From positions 6,634,001-6,698,000 of the forward strand of contig OZ024758.1 of the NCBI GenBank assembly GCA_964016885.1: DNA of 64,000 bases, given 5' to 3'. Below the pieces are notes generated by a model. The model saw nothing but the letters and a program-made list of their open reading frames with translations, ran no database searches and was not told the DNA's origin. The translations under genes were made by a program, and so were the position numbers. Shown here piece after piece: positions 24,001 to 36,160 of this stretch. The DNA comes from Eledone cirrhosa (lineage: Eukaryota). Position 1 is the first letter of the stretch; the number at the start of each line of letters is the position of its first letter.

Positions 24001-27000
24001 CCGTCTGGTGACAATAGCAAAGGAGGTTGTATGGTGGACCAGGCTGAAAGGAGGACCGGAGACAGACACTTTTCTCTTCGGCGCCAATCTCTCATCAACT
24101 TTTTCAAGTTTCACTTGGAAAGGAAGATATGGGTGGAGGGGGAAGTGCTGCCCACCCCAACCCCCCTCACCGCACCTCACCCCAGTACATTTGCTGAAAG
24201 ATGGATGAAAGATGGGTGAAAGATGGCCCCATGTGAGTGGGCCTACTCTGATCATGCGCCTGTAGGCAGTGGTGATTGTGGTGATGGTGGTGGTGATGGC
24301 AGTGGTGGTGGTGATGGCAGTGGTGGTGGTGGTGGTGGTGATGGCAGTGGTGGTGGTGATGGCAGTGGGGGTGATGATGGTGGTGGCGGTGATGGTGGCG
24401 ATGGTGGTGGTGATGGCAGTGGTGGTGGTGGTGGTGATGGTGGTGGTGATGGTGGTGGTGATGGTGGTGGTGATGGCAGGGGTGGTGGTGGTGATGGCGG
24501 TGGTGGTGGTGGTGGTGGTGATGGTGGTGGTGATGGCAGTGGTGGTGATGATGATGGCGGTGGTGGTGGTGGTGGCGGTGATGGTGATGGTGATGGCAGT
24601 GGTAGTGGTGATGGTAGTGGTAGTGGTGGTGGTGGTGATGATGGTGGCAGTGGTGGTGGTGAAGATTTCCTTTAATTATTTCTTTCTTTGTATTTTATTT
24701 TAAAATAATGTGAAACCCTCCTCTACCTTGCAGTCCTACCTCATGCGCTATGGTTACCTCGACCCAGCTTATACATTATTTGTTCATCCAAAACTATTTT
24801 ATATTGAAGCCATTGGCAAGTTCCAACTGAGATCAGGTTTGGAAAGTACAGGTAAGTAATATATTTTTGTTCACTTCATTCCATAAGGTGAATTGACGCA
24901 GTCATTAGTATGTCCTATAGCAGGCATGTCAAACATGCGGCCCGTGGGCCACATGCGGCCCTTTACAAGTACACCTGTGGCCCGCACAAAGGTTTTTACA
25001 GAGTGAGCATGTTTTATCTTCGTAATATAAAATTTTAAAAATTAGTTGTAATGTGTGCAACTAGTTGTCGTGTGTGACCCTCAGACAACACATATGTGAT
25101 CCATGTGGCCCTCAGACAACACATGTGACACATGTGGCCCTCAGACAACACATGTGGCCCTCAGACAACACATGTGGCCCTCAGACAACACATGTTTGAT
25201 CTATGTGGCCCTCATACAACACATATGTGACCCATGTGGCTCTCAGGCAACACCTATGTGACCCTCAGACAACACATATGTGACCCATGTGGCCCTCAGA
25301 CAACACATATGTGACCCATGTGGCCCTCAGACAACACATATGTGACCCATGTGGCCCTCAGACAACACATATGTGACCCATGTGACCCTCAGACAACACA
25401 TATGTGACCCATGTGGCCCTCAGACAACACATATGTGACCCATGTGGCTCTCAGGCAACACATATGTGACCCTCAGACAACACATATGTGACCCATGTGA
25501 CCCTCAGACAACACATATGTGACCCTCAGACAACACATATGTGACCCATGTGGTCTTCAGACAACACATATGTGACCCGTGTGGCCTTCAGACAACACAT
25601 GTGGCCCTCATACAACACATATGTGACCCATGTGGCCTTCAGACAACACATATGTGACCCTCAGACAACACATATGTGACCCATGTGGCCCTCAGACAAC
25701 ACATGTGGCCCTCATACAACACGTATGTGACCCATGTGGCCCTCAGACAACACATATGTGACCCATGTGGCCTTCAGACAACACATGTGGCCCTCATACA
25801 ACACATATGTGACCCATGTGGCCCTCGGGGGACCCTCAGTTTGACATGCCTGTCCTATAGAATGCCTTGTGGTATTTGTTCTGGCTCTCTGCTCTCTGAG
25901 TTAAAATCCCACTGAAATCAACAAAAAAAGTACCAGTAAAGTACTGGGGTTGATTATTTCTCTATATCTCTTTCACACTTCTCTTCTCTTTCTATCCTTC
26001 ACTGGAAGAAATCTACTGCAGTCAGTGCTGGGGAGTGGGGGGATAATGACAAAGATACACATGGCCTAGTGGTTGGGGTGTTGGACTTATGATCACATTG
26101 CCATGGGTTCGATTCCTGAACTGGGGGGGTGTTGTGTTCTAGAGTAAAACACTTCATTTCACGTTGCTCCAGTATACTCAACTGAAAATGAGTACCAGCA
26201 ATAGCTGAGGGTTTAACCCAGTAATGGTCTGGTATCCTGTCCAGGGGGGAGTCTTGTACTCTCAGTCGCTTCACACTATGGAAACTAAGATAAGCACCAG
26301 CCTGATGAGCTTCTAGGCTTGAAACAGACAGACACACTGAGTATGATGATGAATATATGTGGCCAAAATGGAGTTCCTCTGAAGGGTCTTTGGAGTAATG
26401 TTAACCGAGGTGAACTTTTCCTTTCATCCTTACGGGATCGATAAAATAAAGTACCAGTCATGCACTGGGGTCGATTTAATCGACTTTCCCCTCCCCCCAA
26501 AAACTGCTGGCACTGTGCCTATATAAGAAACCATTCTTACATATAGTTACTAAGGGTTGTTTCAGAGAATGTTTCAGGAATTTGATATCAAAAGGGTTAA
26601 TAAAGTGTTTGTTTATTTTCATTGTCAACAGGGATTCTGGATGAAGTGACTATGAAACAGATGCAAAATAAACGCTGTGGTGTCTTGGATATATTGCCTG
26701 CTAAACGTAAACCACTTCTTCATATTTCAAAGCGCTTCGCCCTACACGGTAAGATTGTAATCTGATATAACCTTCATATTAAAAATATCACTTAGAATAC
26801 CAAGAATATTAGATTTTAAGGCTGTTTATAAAATTCTTGTAAGTATTTCAATAGCTGAACTGAATGCATGCAAAATTTCACAGCTCTAGCATCAACCCTT
26901 CATAGTCAACCTATAAACTTTTCTACCCACCATCATATTACGTGGTTCATAGGGTGAAAAATCCATAGGCTGGCCAAGATACTCTCATGGAATGACCAAA

Positions 27001-30000
27001 TGAGGTGTATTTTTCAACATAGTCCCTGGAAAGAAACAATGTAGTTATTAATAATAAGAGTTGACATTAATGCATCTAAGATTTCACAGCTCTAGCATCA
27101 CTCCTTCATAGGCTGACCAAGATACTCTCATGAAATGACCAAATGAGGTTTATTTTTCAACATAGTTCACAGTTCTAGCATCACTCCTTCATAGGCTGAC
27201 CAAGATACTCTCATGGAATGACCAAATGAGGTTTATTTTTCAACATAGTTCACAGTTCTAGCATCACTCCTTCATAGGCTGACCAAGATACTCTCATGGA
27301 ATGACTAAATGAGGTTTATTTTTCAACATAGTTCACAGTTCTAGCATCACTCCTTCATAGTCAGCCTATGAACATTTCAGCTAACCCTTGTATCTTTGAA
27401 ATGACTAGTATAATGGATACCATTCATTTCCTCTTTGGTAGATTTTCCTCCCACCAACTTAGTCAAATTACACTTTTTCATTTTCACATCTTCAAAGGTG
27501 TAAAATCAAAATTAATACTCCCAGCTTTCTTGAAGCTCCGATGTTCTGAAACTATACAATTTCTTTAATAATAAAATACACAATAATTGTTTCTACTTTT
27601 GGCACAAGGCCAGCAATTAGAAGTGTATAATAATGAGGATAACAGCTAATATTAGATCAAAGCAAGACATATTCAGAATTTGAGGAATGTGCTGCTGACC
27701 GGAATAGGAGGAGGGAAGAAATCTATCAAAATGGTATTGGGAACCATGTTAACACAAAGATTGAGCTCTAAGGTGAAAGGAATGCCGTTTCTGTTCAACG
27801 AATTATGTATGAACGATGTGGTCTGGTTTGCAAAAGCAGAGCAGGTTTTTATGTCTCATAGAAGACACAAACACTAAAATGTAGAGTAACAGGAAAGTAA
27901 TATCGAGGATGTCAATCATTTCCTGATATATTACTAGTACTTATCTCTTGTCAAGTGGAATAAAAAGCAAAACCAACAAGTAAAAATAAACCTCTTCTTC
28001 TTCTTCGCCCACTTATTCCTGAGAGGGTCGTGGGTGGCAGAGTCCTCAAACACTCCTTCCAGGTCCTGTCAGAAGCAACCATTTCCAACTGATCCAGCTA
28101 GATCTCCAAGCAAGACCAGCCGAGCTCATGGATGTTATCCAACCATCTTGCTCAGAGTTTACCCCTGGGTCTCCTGTCAGTTGGTTTTGCCCATAAAATA
28201 TGTCCAGTGATTCTTTCCTGAGATATTCTAACCACATGCCTGTAATATCGGAGCTGTGATCTCTCGATTTGGAGAAGTAGCAGCTCTACCTGGAGAGACT
28301 CTCTGATCTCTGAGCTACGCACTCTATCAAGTAACATTACTCCAATGAACCTTTGGAGGAACCCCATTTCAGCCGCTTGTATTCGTGATTGCATTCTTTC
28401 AGTCATTACTCAAGATTCGTGACCATTGGTAAGGGTTGGCATGAATACCAAATTGAAGATAGCAAGTTTGGCTTTTACACACACACACCCTATCTTCTGA
28501 TTATTAAATGCTGAAGCTGGCACATTACTGCACCAGCTCCTGCAATTCTTGTACTTCATTCAGCCTCCTGCCTCCCATCACTCATGAACACAGCCCTGAG
28601 GCACTTGAACTTCTCCACCTGATGACTAAGAATCATGTTTCAGTATAGTTATAATGCTGTATTTTGAGTCATTGTTTCATCTTTCTCATCTATTAAAGGT
28701 TCCAAATGGCAATACACAAACTTAACATACAAAATAGATAATTATACTCCAGATCTTAGCAAACTGGAAATTGATGCTACTATCGAAAAGGCACTCCAGG
28801 TAAGTCATTACAGTGTCACTCAAATACTCTCACATCCCAAATAATGAGGGCGGAGGTGGAATAAGTGTGAGGGGTGGAATAAGTGGGGAGTGGAACAAGT
28901 GGGGGAGGGGAATCGGTAATTTTAGGATGTCTCCATTGATTTTTTTTAAAAACCAGAATTAGCTGTTTAGTTTACATATTGAGATCCCAACCTATCCTGT
29001 ATAGTTTATGTCTAGGATTTCTAGTAATGTACCATATTTCCGGTGCCGAAGACGCTTCGTCCTCAAGGACACACCCTAATTTTGACAACCAAAAATTTGA
29101 AAAAAAATAAAGAACCTTCAGCCTCCAGGACGCATGGTAGATTTTTGAGACTTATTTTAGGAAAAAAGTAGCGTCTTTGATGCTGGGAAATATGGTAATT
29201 TTTTGGTCATTTATAATGTTTTTCAATGTATAAAGAAAATTAATTGTTGCAGGAATCCTACCACTTAAAATAAAATTTTACCAGAGATAGATGAGCAAAA
29301 TTTAATGAGCAAAGGGCAGTTGGAAAAAAAAATTAAAAGTGTGACACCCACACACATACACACACACGTTTATTTGAGCACCAAAGGGCTGTTAAATTTA
29401 ATTATATCATTTTTTTTTAATGTTTTGTGGAGAGAGTGGATTTGGCGAAAAAAAAAACAAAGGAAAGCTGGTTGATGAGATGGGAATGGATTAACCATTC
29501 AGCAAAATAAATACACACTTAAGATATTAAAGGAGATTTTCCATTGTCAAAGTTATCATGGACTGTATAGTGCAGTTGAACCAAAGTTCACACAAAGGGG
29601 ACTAGTAATAAATGAAACAAATATATTTAACCCTTTAGCATTTAAACCGGCCATAACCGGCCACTCATACTGATGTTAAGGTATTGTTCTCAAAATAAAT
29701 AACATCAAAATCTGATAGATTCAATATTATGTGAGATAATTATGTAAGATAAAGCCTTTACCACAAAAATATAATATTTTAAGAGTAATGTAAATGCTAA
29801 AGGGTTAAATGATTTATCTATATATGTATATAAATGGTTTATCTATATATGTATCATCATCATCATCACTGTTTAAAATCCATTTTTCCATGGGTTAAAC
29901 AAGTTGTTCCATTGTGAGACAAATCAGATCAGATGACCGCCTCTTGCTCATACAGAACTGATTATGGCTTGGTTTCTATGGCTAAATGCCCTTAATGCCA

Positions 30001-33000
30001 ACCACATTTACGGTGTGGACTGGGCACTTTTTGTTATGTCACCAAAATGACCATTTTACAGTGTGGACAGAGTGTTTTTTGTCTCGGCACCAAAACAACC
30101 ATTTTACAGTGTGGAATAAGTACTTTTTACCATGGCATCAAAATGACCACTTTACAGTGTGGACAGTGCTTTTTGGCATGTTAACAACACAATAGTGAGG
30201 ACTGGGTGCTTTTTGGCATGTTACCAACACAATCAGTGTGAACCGGGTGCTTCTTGTGTTACAAACACCATCACTATTAGAAACATATTTGGAATATTTT
30301 TCTTTTATATGTAATAGCTTTTATTCAAATTAAATGTAGTTTCCTCGCTCACTTGATGAAGAAAGGATTGGGCCCTCACCAAGCAGGGGTTCCTTTATCT
30401 TGTGCCAAGCATGTGATGCATGTTGTGCACATATTGATAAGTACTGGCTCATCTGATGTACAAACCTTAGTCAAGAACAGTGTCGGTCAGGATGTTTGAG
30501 TGAGGCAGTATATCTGTCAAAGGGTAATGCAGGTTGCCAAGAGGAGCTCAGCCAGTAGCGTGCAGAGTGTGTGTGTGGGGGGGGGGGGGGGGGGTATGGT
30601 GCATGGCTCCAGAGATCCTTTGGATGGGGGCATCATTTGGGGAAAAGAACTTAATAAATTTGATTGATTTATATTAAAATCGAATAAAGTGTTTATTTCA
30701 TGTTTCATCTGTGTTTATATATTCAAATTGTTTTCCTTTCTCATAATATTTCTCAGTATATTAGGTCTTATACTTGAGTCTTTGGGGCATACAATCAAGA
30801 TTTGCCCCAGGCATTACCAGAGCTCTGCATGCCATTGAGCTCAGCATGGATGAAAACTTCACATTGAGCAAAATAGTAAAAACTTGCTCAATCTCCATTT
30901 TCAGCATTTCTCATTCATAGATAAAAAATTTTTACAGACTTTATAATATATGAGGGTTGGCCAAAAGGTCTTTAGGTTGACCAAGATACTCTCATGGAAT
31001 GACCAAATGAGGTTTATTTTTCAACATAGTCCCCGGAAAGAAACAATGCAGTTATTAATAAGGATAGTTGAAATTAATGCATGCAAGATTTTACAGCTCT
31101 AGCATCACCCTTTCACAATGAGCCTATGACCTTTTCGACTTATCCTCGTATATATAGAGATATAATCAGAAGTTGACAGCATAATTTGGTTATAAGTAAT
31201 ATATGCTGGACCCTTATTCAGTCAAAAGAAAATAGATATATATATTTTTTTTTCATATATTTGACAGGTATGGAGTCGTGTGAGCATTTTAAGTTTCACA
31301 AGAATTTATGTAGGATCAGCAGATATCGAAGTTGAGTTTCGTACTGGTGACCATGGTGATGGTATTCCATTTGATGGTCCAGGCCAGACCCTAGCTCATG
31401 CTTTCTTCCCAAATACTAAGATTACACATATGAGTGGAAATGTACATTTTGATGACGATGAGCAATGGGTGTTAGGTAACGAAAATGGTAAATATTTCTT
31501 CTCTTCTCATTTCTTTTAGAACCTGAGACTTACTAGTTTCCTGCTGGGTCAGTGAGTTTTCATTTTGATCGAACTGTTTACATAGATACCGTTGCAAAGA
31601 TAAGAACCTTTGTACATACTCATTACTATTGTCAAATCACAGGACAACCTTATATATTTTTTTTTTTTTTTTTTTATGAATCAAAATGTTTATTTTCAAC
31701 ATAGAAATAATTGTTTTTACTTTTGGCACAAGGCCAGCAATTATCCCAGTGTATTACTGGTACTTTATTTTATCGACCCCCCGTAAGGATGAAAGGCAAA
31801 GTTAACCTCGGCGGGATTTGAACTCAGATTGGGAAGGGCCGTAACTCTATGCGTCAAAGCATGGCGTCCGACTCTCTACCAATACTGCCAATTACATACA
31901 CACACATCTACAGTATGTGATGAGTGTAGAAGGAGGGGGGGCTGTGACAAACTATAGAAAACAGAGGACAGTGTTCGCTACACCTGTCTTACTCATACAT
32001 ATAAATATATACACACACACACACATATATATGTGTGTGTGCATGTAATGATTATTTTCTCTGAGTCTGTGTATGTTTGTGTGTATGTAAGAATTATTTT
32101 AACTAGCGTTCTTAGATTGGCTACACTTTTGTGATTGTACGTGTGTCTGTGTGTCAGATCATAAAGGGCCGTAACTCTATGCTGCAAAGCATGGCGTCCG
32201 ACCCTCTACCGATACTGCCAATCCACTGCTTAACATCCTTAAAAATAATATATATTTCTCTTAAATTATTTTGTAGGAACTAATCTACTTTGTACAGCTA
32301 TTCATGAATTTGGCCATAGTCTTGGTCTTGCACATTCTATACAATATGACGCTATGATGTGGCCATTTGACAAAAAGTGTGATGGTGGAAAACTCTCCAA
32401 CGATGATATATTAGCAATACAGTCATTGTATGGTAATATTTTATTTAACTTTCATATGCATCACATGTCTGTACCAACACAATCCTCACTTTTATATTCT
32501 GTACTGAATTTCTCTTACACCTAATTTTTCTTTCAGTTCACTTATACAGCCAGATTCATCATCATCATCATCATCATCACCATCATCATTTAACGTCTGT
32601 TTTTCCGAGCTAGCATGGGTTAGACGGTTGTCCTGTTGTGAGCAATGCTAGGTCAGGTAACCGTGTCTTGCTTATACAGACTTGTTCTTCTTTTTGGTAA
32701 ATATCATCTTGGTTAAGAGAGTGGGACTGGCTTTGTGCAGTGCCTTTGCTCACTATAAAAGCTTCACGGCACAGGCATTGCTTTATATCTGGAGATCTCT
32801 CTGCACTTGTCATCACATGGTACCATGGGCCCAGCACTATGTGTCAATAATTGTCACAAGTGTAGTGTTTGTACCAGAGTTTACAAGTCACTGGCTGGAC
32901 TAAAAAGTAACACTCGTTCAGCGCATCGGTAGGGGTTCTCCTACATGGATATAAAGTAGTGGCCGTACTCGAAAACGAGTTGGCAGCCACCATGTATGTA

Positions 33001-36000
33001 TGTATCAAGCATTCAGTCCACCCTGTAAGATGGTTGTGCTAATACCACACCACGAAAAGAAGCACCCAATCCGTATATAGGTATATATAGGTATATAGGT
33101 AGATTCCTGAAAGGAATCTGGAGGTGACAACTGTTAAAGAAAGTATTCATTTGTCTGAAATCATCATGATCATTTCGTACAAATGAAAGAGATCTAGTTT
33201 ATATAAAATAAAGATATCTGGGTTTGTGTGTGTGTGTTTTATTTATTTATGTGTTTATTTTATTTGTCACTAGCTGGTTGTTTGTTATATCTGTGTGTGT
33301 CTGATATGTTTTGTTAGTTTGGTTTTGTATATACATATATCATCATTTAACGTCTATTTTCCATGCTTGCATAGCAATGACAGGTTGCCTGCATTATGAG
33401 ACAAGTCTGACCAGGTGACCATGCCATTTCTTACTCAATATATTTATATCAATTGTGTGTATTCAAAATAACATGAAAATGTGGTTGTTGTTGTTTTTAT
33501 AATATACATGTTTTAATTATCATTTTTTAGGGCCAGTAATTTCCACCACAGAACAAGTAAGTAATGAGAATACTGTGGTCACTATTAGGACAAGGGAACC
33601 AGGTATTAAGACAACAAGGAAACCAGGTATCAAGACAACAAGGAAACCAGGTATCAAGACAACAAGGGAACCAGGTATCAACACAACAAGGGAACCAGGT
33701 ATCAAGACAAGGGAACCAAGTATCAAGACAAGGGAACCAGGTATGAAGACAACAAGGGAACCAGGTATCAAGACAAGGGAACCAGATATCAAGACAAGTA
33801 GGACTGAAGAGTTAACTACTAAGACAAGTAAAGAGCCTTGGAAAACTCGAGAAACTTTTTCATATCCACCAACTACTGGCACTACACTTGTCCCAGAAAA
33901 TGAAAATATATGTGATGTTATAGTGAATGCTCTTACCATTTCTATGGATGGTACCCTTCTTATATTCTTTGGTAAATATACAAATTACATGATAATCTCT
34001 TGTTTGAATGAGAATGGTTTGTTAAAGTTAATCTATAAGTTGATAACTTTTCCTTTTCAAAAGGGAGGCTATTAAATAATGAGTGACAGGACAACTGTCC
34101 ACCACTCCACTTTATGTTTACCTCCACCCCTTCAACCTACCACTCCGCCACCCCTTCAACCCCTCCACCCTGCCACCCCCGCCAACCCCTCCACCCTTCC
34201 ATCCCCGCCAACCCCTCCACCCTGCCACCCCACCAACCCCTCCACTTTATATTTCCTTTCACCACTTTAACCCCTCCACCCTGTTCCTTTAATCCTCCAC
34301 CCCACCACTCCTCCACCACTTATACCCACCATTCTACCCCTCCAACCCCTCCACCATATCCCTTCTTTAATCTTCCACCCCCCCCCCCACCCCACCCTTT
34401 AATCAGTGCCCTTATTATGTGTATTAAACAAACTACAGAACACTATGAAATGATTCACATTGTTTAAGTGTCCATCTTGGTGGCCTAGTGGTGGGTATTT
34501 GAGGTGGTGGAGTGTGACCAAGATACTCTGATGGAATGACCAAATGAGGTTTAATTTCAATATAGTCCCTGGAAAGAAACAATGCAGTTATTAATAAGAT
34601 CAGTTGAAATTAATACATGTAAGATTTCACAGCTCTAGCATGGCTCGTTCATAGTCAGCCTATGAACCTTTCAACGACCTTCTTATAATGAGTGTTTGTT
34701 GTGCCATGAACAATACCAGCGCAGAGCGGATTTGTTACTTAACCCTTTAGCATTTAAACCGGCTATATCTGGCCAGAATTCTCTCACCTCTTTCTGTTCA
34801 AATTGGCTGTAACTGGCCGCTCAAAGTGATGTTAAGCTATTGATTTCCAATTAAATGATATCAAAATCTCATATATCCAATATTATGTGAAATAATTATG
34901 AGATAAAGCCTTTACTATGAAAATACAATAGAATATATAGGGTAATGTAAATGTTATGTGAGATATTATGAGATAAAGCCTTTACTATGAAAATACAATA
35001 GAATATATAGGGTAATGTAAATGTTATGTGAGATATTATGAGATAAAGCCTTTACTATGAAAATACAATAGAATATATAGGGTAATGTAAATGTTATGTG
35101 AGATATTATGTGAGGTAAAGCCTTTACTATGAAAATACAAAAGTATATATAGGGTAATGTAAATGCTAAAGGGTTAAATACAATAGTAGATATAGGGTAA
35201 TGTAAATGCTAAAGGGTTAGATACAATAGTAGATATAGGGTAATGTAAATGCTAAAGGGTTAGATACAATAGTAGATATAGGGTAATGTAAATGCTAAAG
35301 GGTTAGATACAATAGTAGATATAGGGTAATGTAAATTCTAAAGGGTTAAATATAAAGATGATTCATCCTGGAATTGAAACTGCTCACTTGAATGTTAATT
35401 CTGTGCAATATTGACTAACAACTTAGTTTACATATTTTTATTTCAGATAAAAAAGTTGCTTATTGGTTTGGAGAACAGTTGATTATTAAACAAATTGCAG
35501 ACATATTTCCTGATAGCCCAGATTTCATAGATGCAGCTTTCACTATTACTCTTCCTGAAACATATCCTAATGATGAAAAAACTTTTACAATGCTTATCAA
35601 GGTTGGTAATCCCCAGAAATATATATATATATTTTTTTTTTCAAACATGCAGTGGAATGGTTACAGCCTTTCATCTTTTTACGGGGTCGATAAAATAAAG
35701 CACCAGTAATGTACTGGGGTGGATTTAATCGACTGTCCCCTTTCCCCAAATTACAGGCCTTGTGCCTATACTAGAAATCATTATTTGATTGAAATAGAGT
35801 GTTTTTCATTAAACATATAGTAATGAAAGAGTTAAATGAATTAATTATTTATATGTTTTAGCATAAGAAGGCATGGAAATATTATTACAACCCCCAAAAA
35901 AGAGTTTATAGATTGGCTTCCGGCTACCCAAAGTTGGATTGGGTCAAATGTTGTGAACAACAATGTGATGAAATTAAGGCTGCAATCAGTATGGATAATT

Positions 36001-36095
36001 CTGTGTATATATTCACTGGTGAGTTACTCATTTACTAATTTCAACCAACGAACTGTGGCCATACTCTATACATATCATTTCGTATATATATCATG

Positions 36096-36160
<65 letters not shown>

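Noticed and set aside
23167-24703. Long ORFs (362, 298, 247 aa; Gly-rich 150 aa)
   Set aside because: They are translations of the 55-bp array and the (GGT)n tract inside MMP intron 1.
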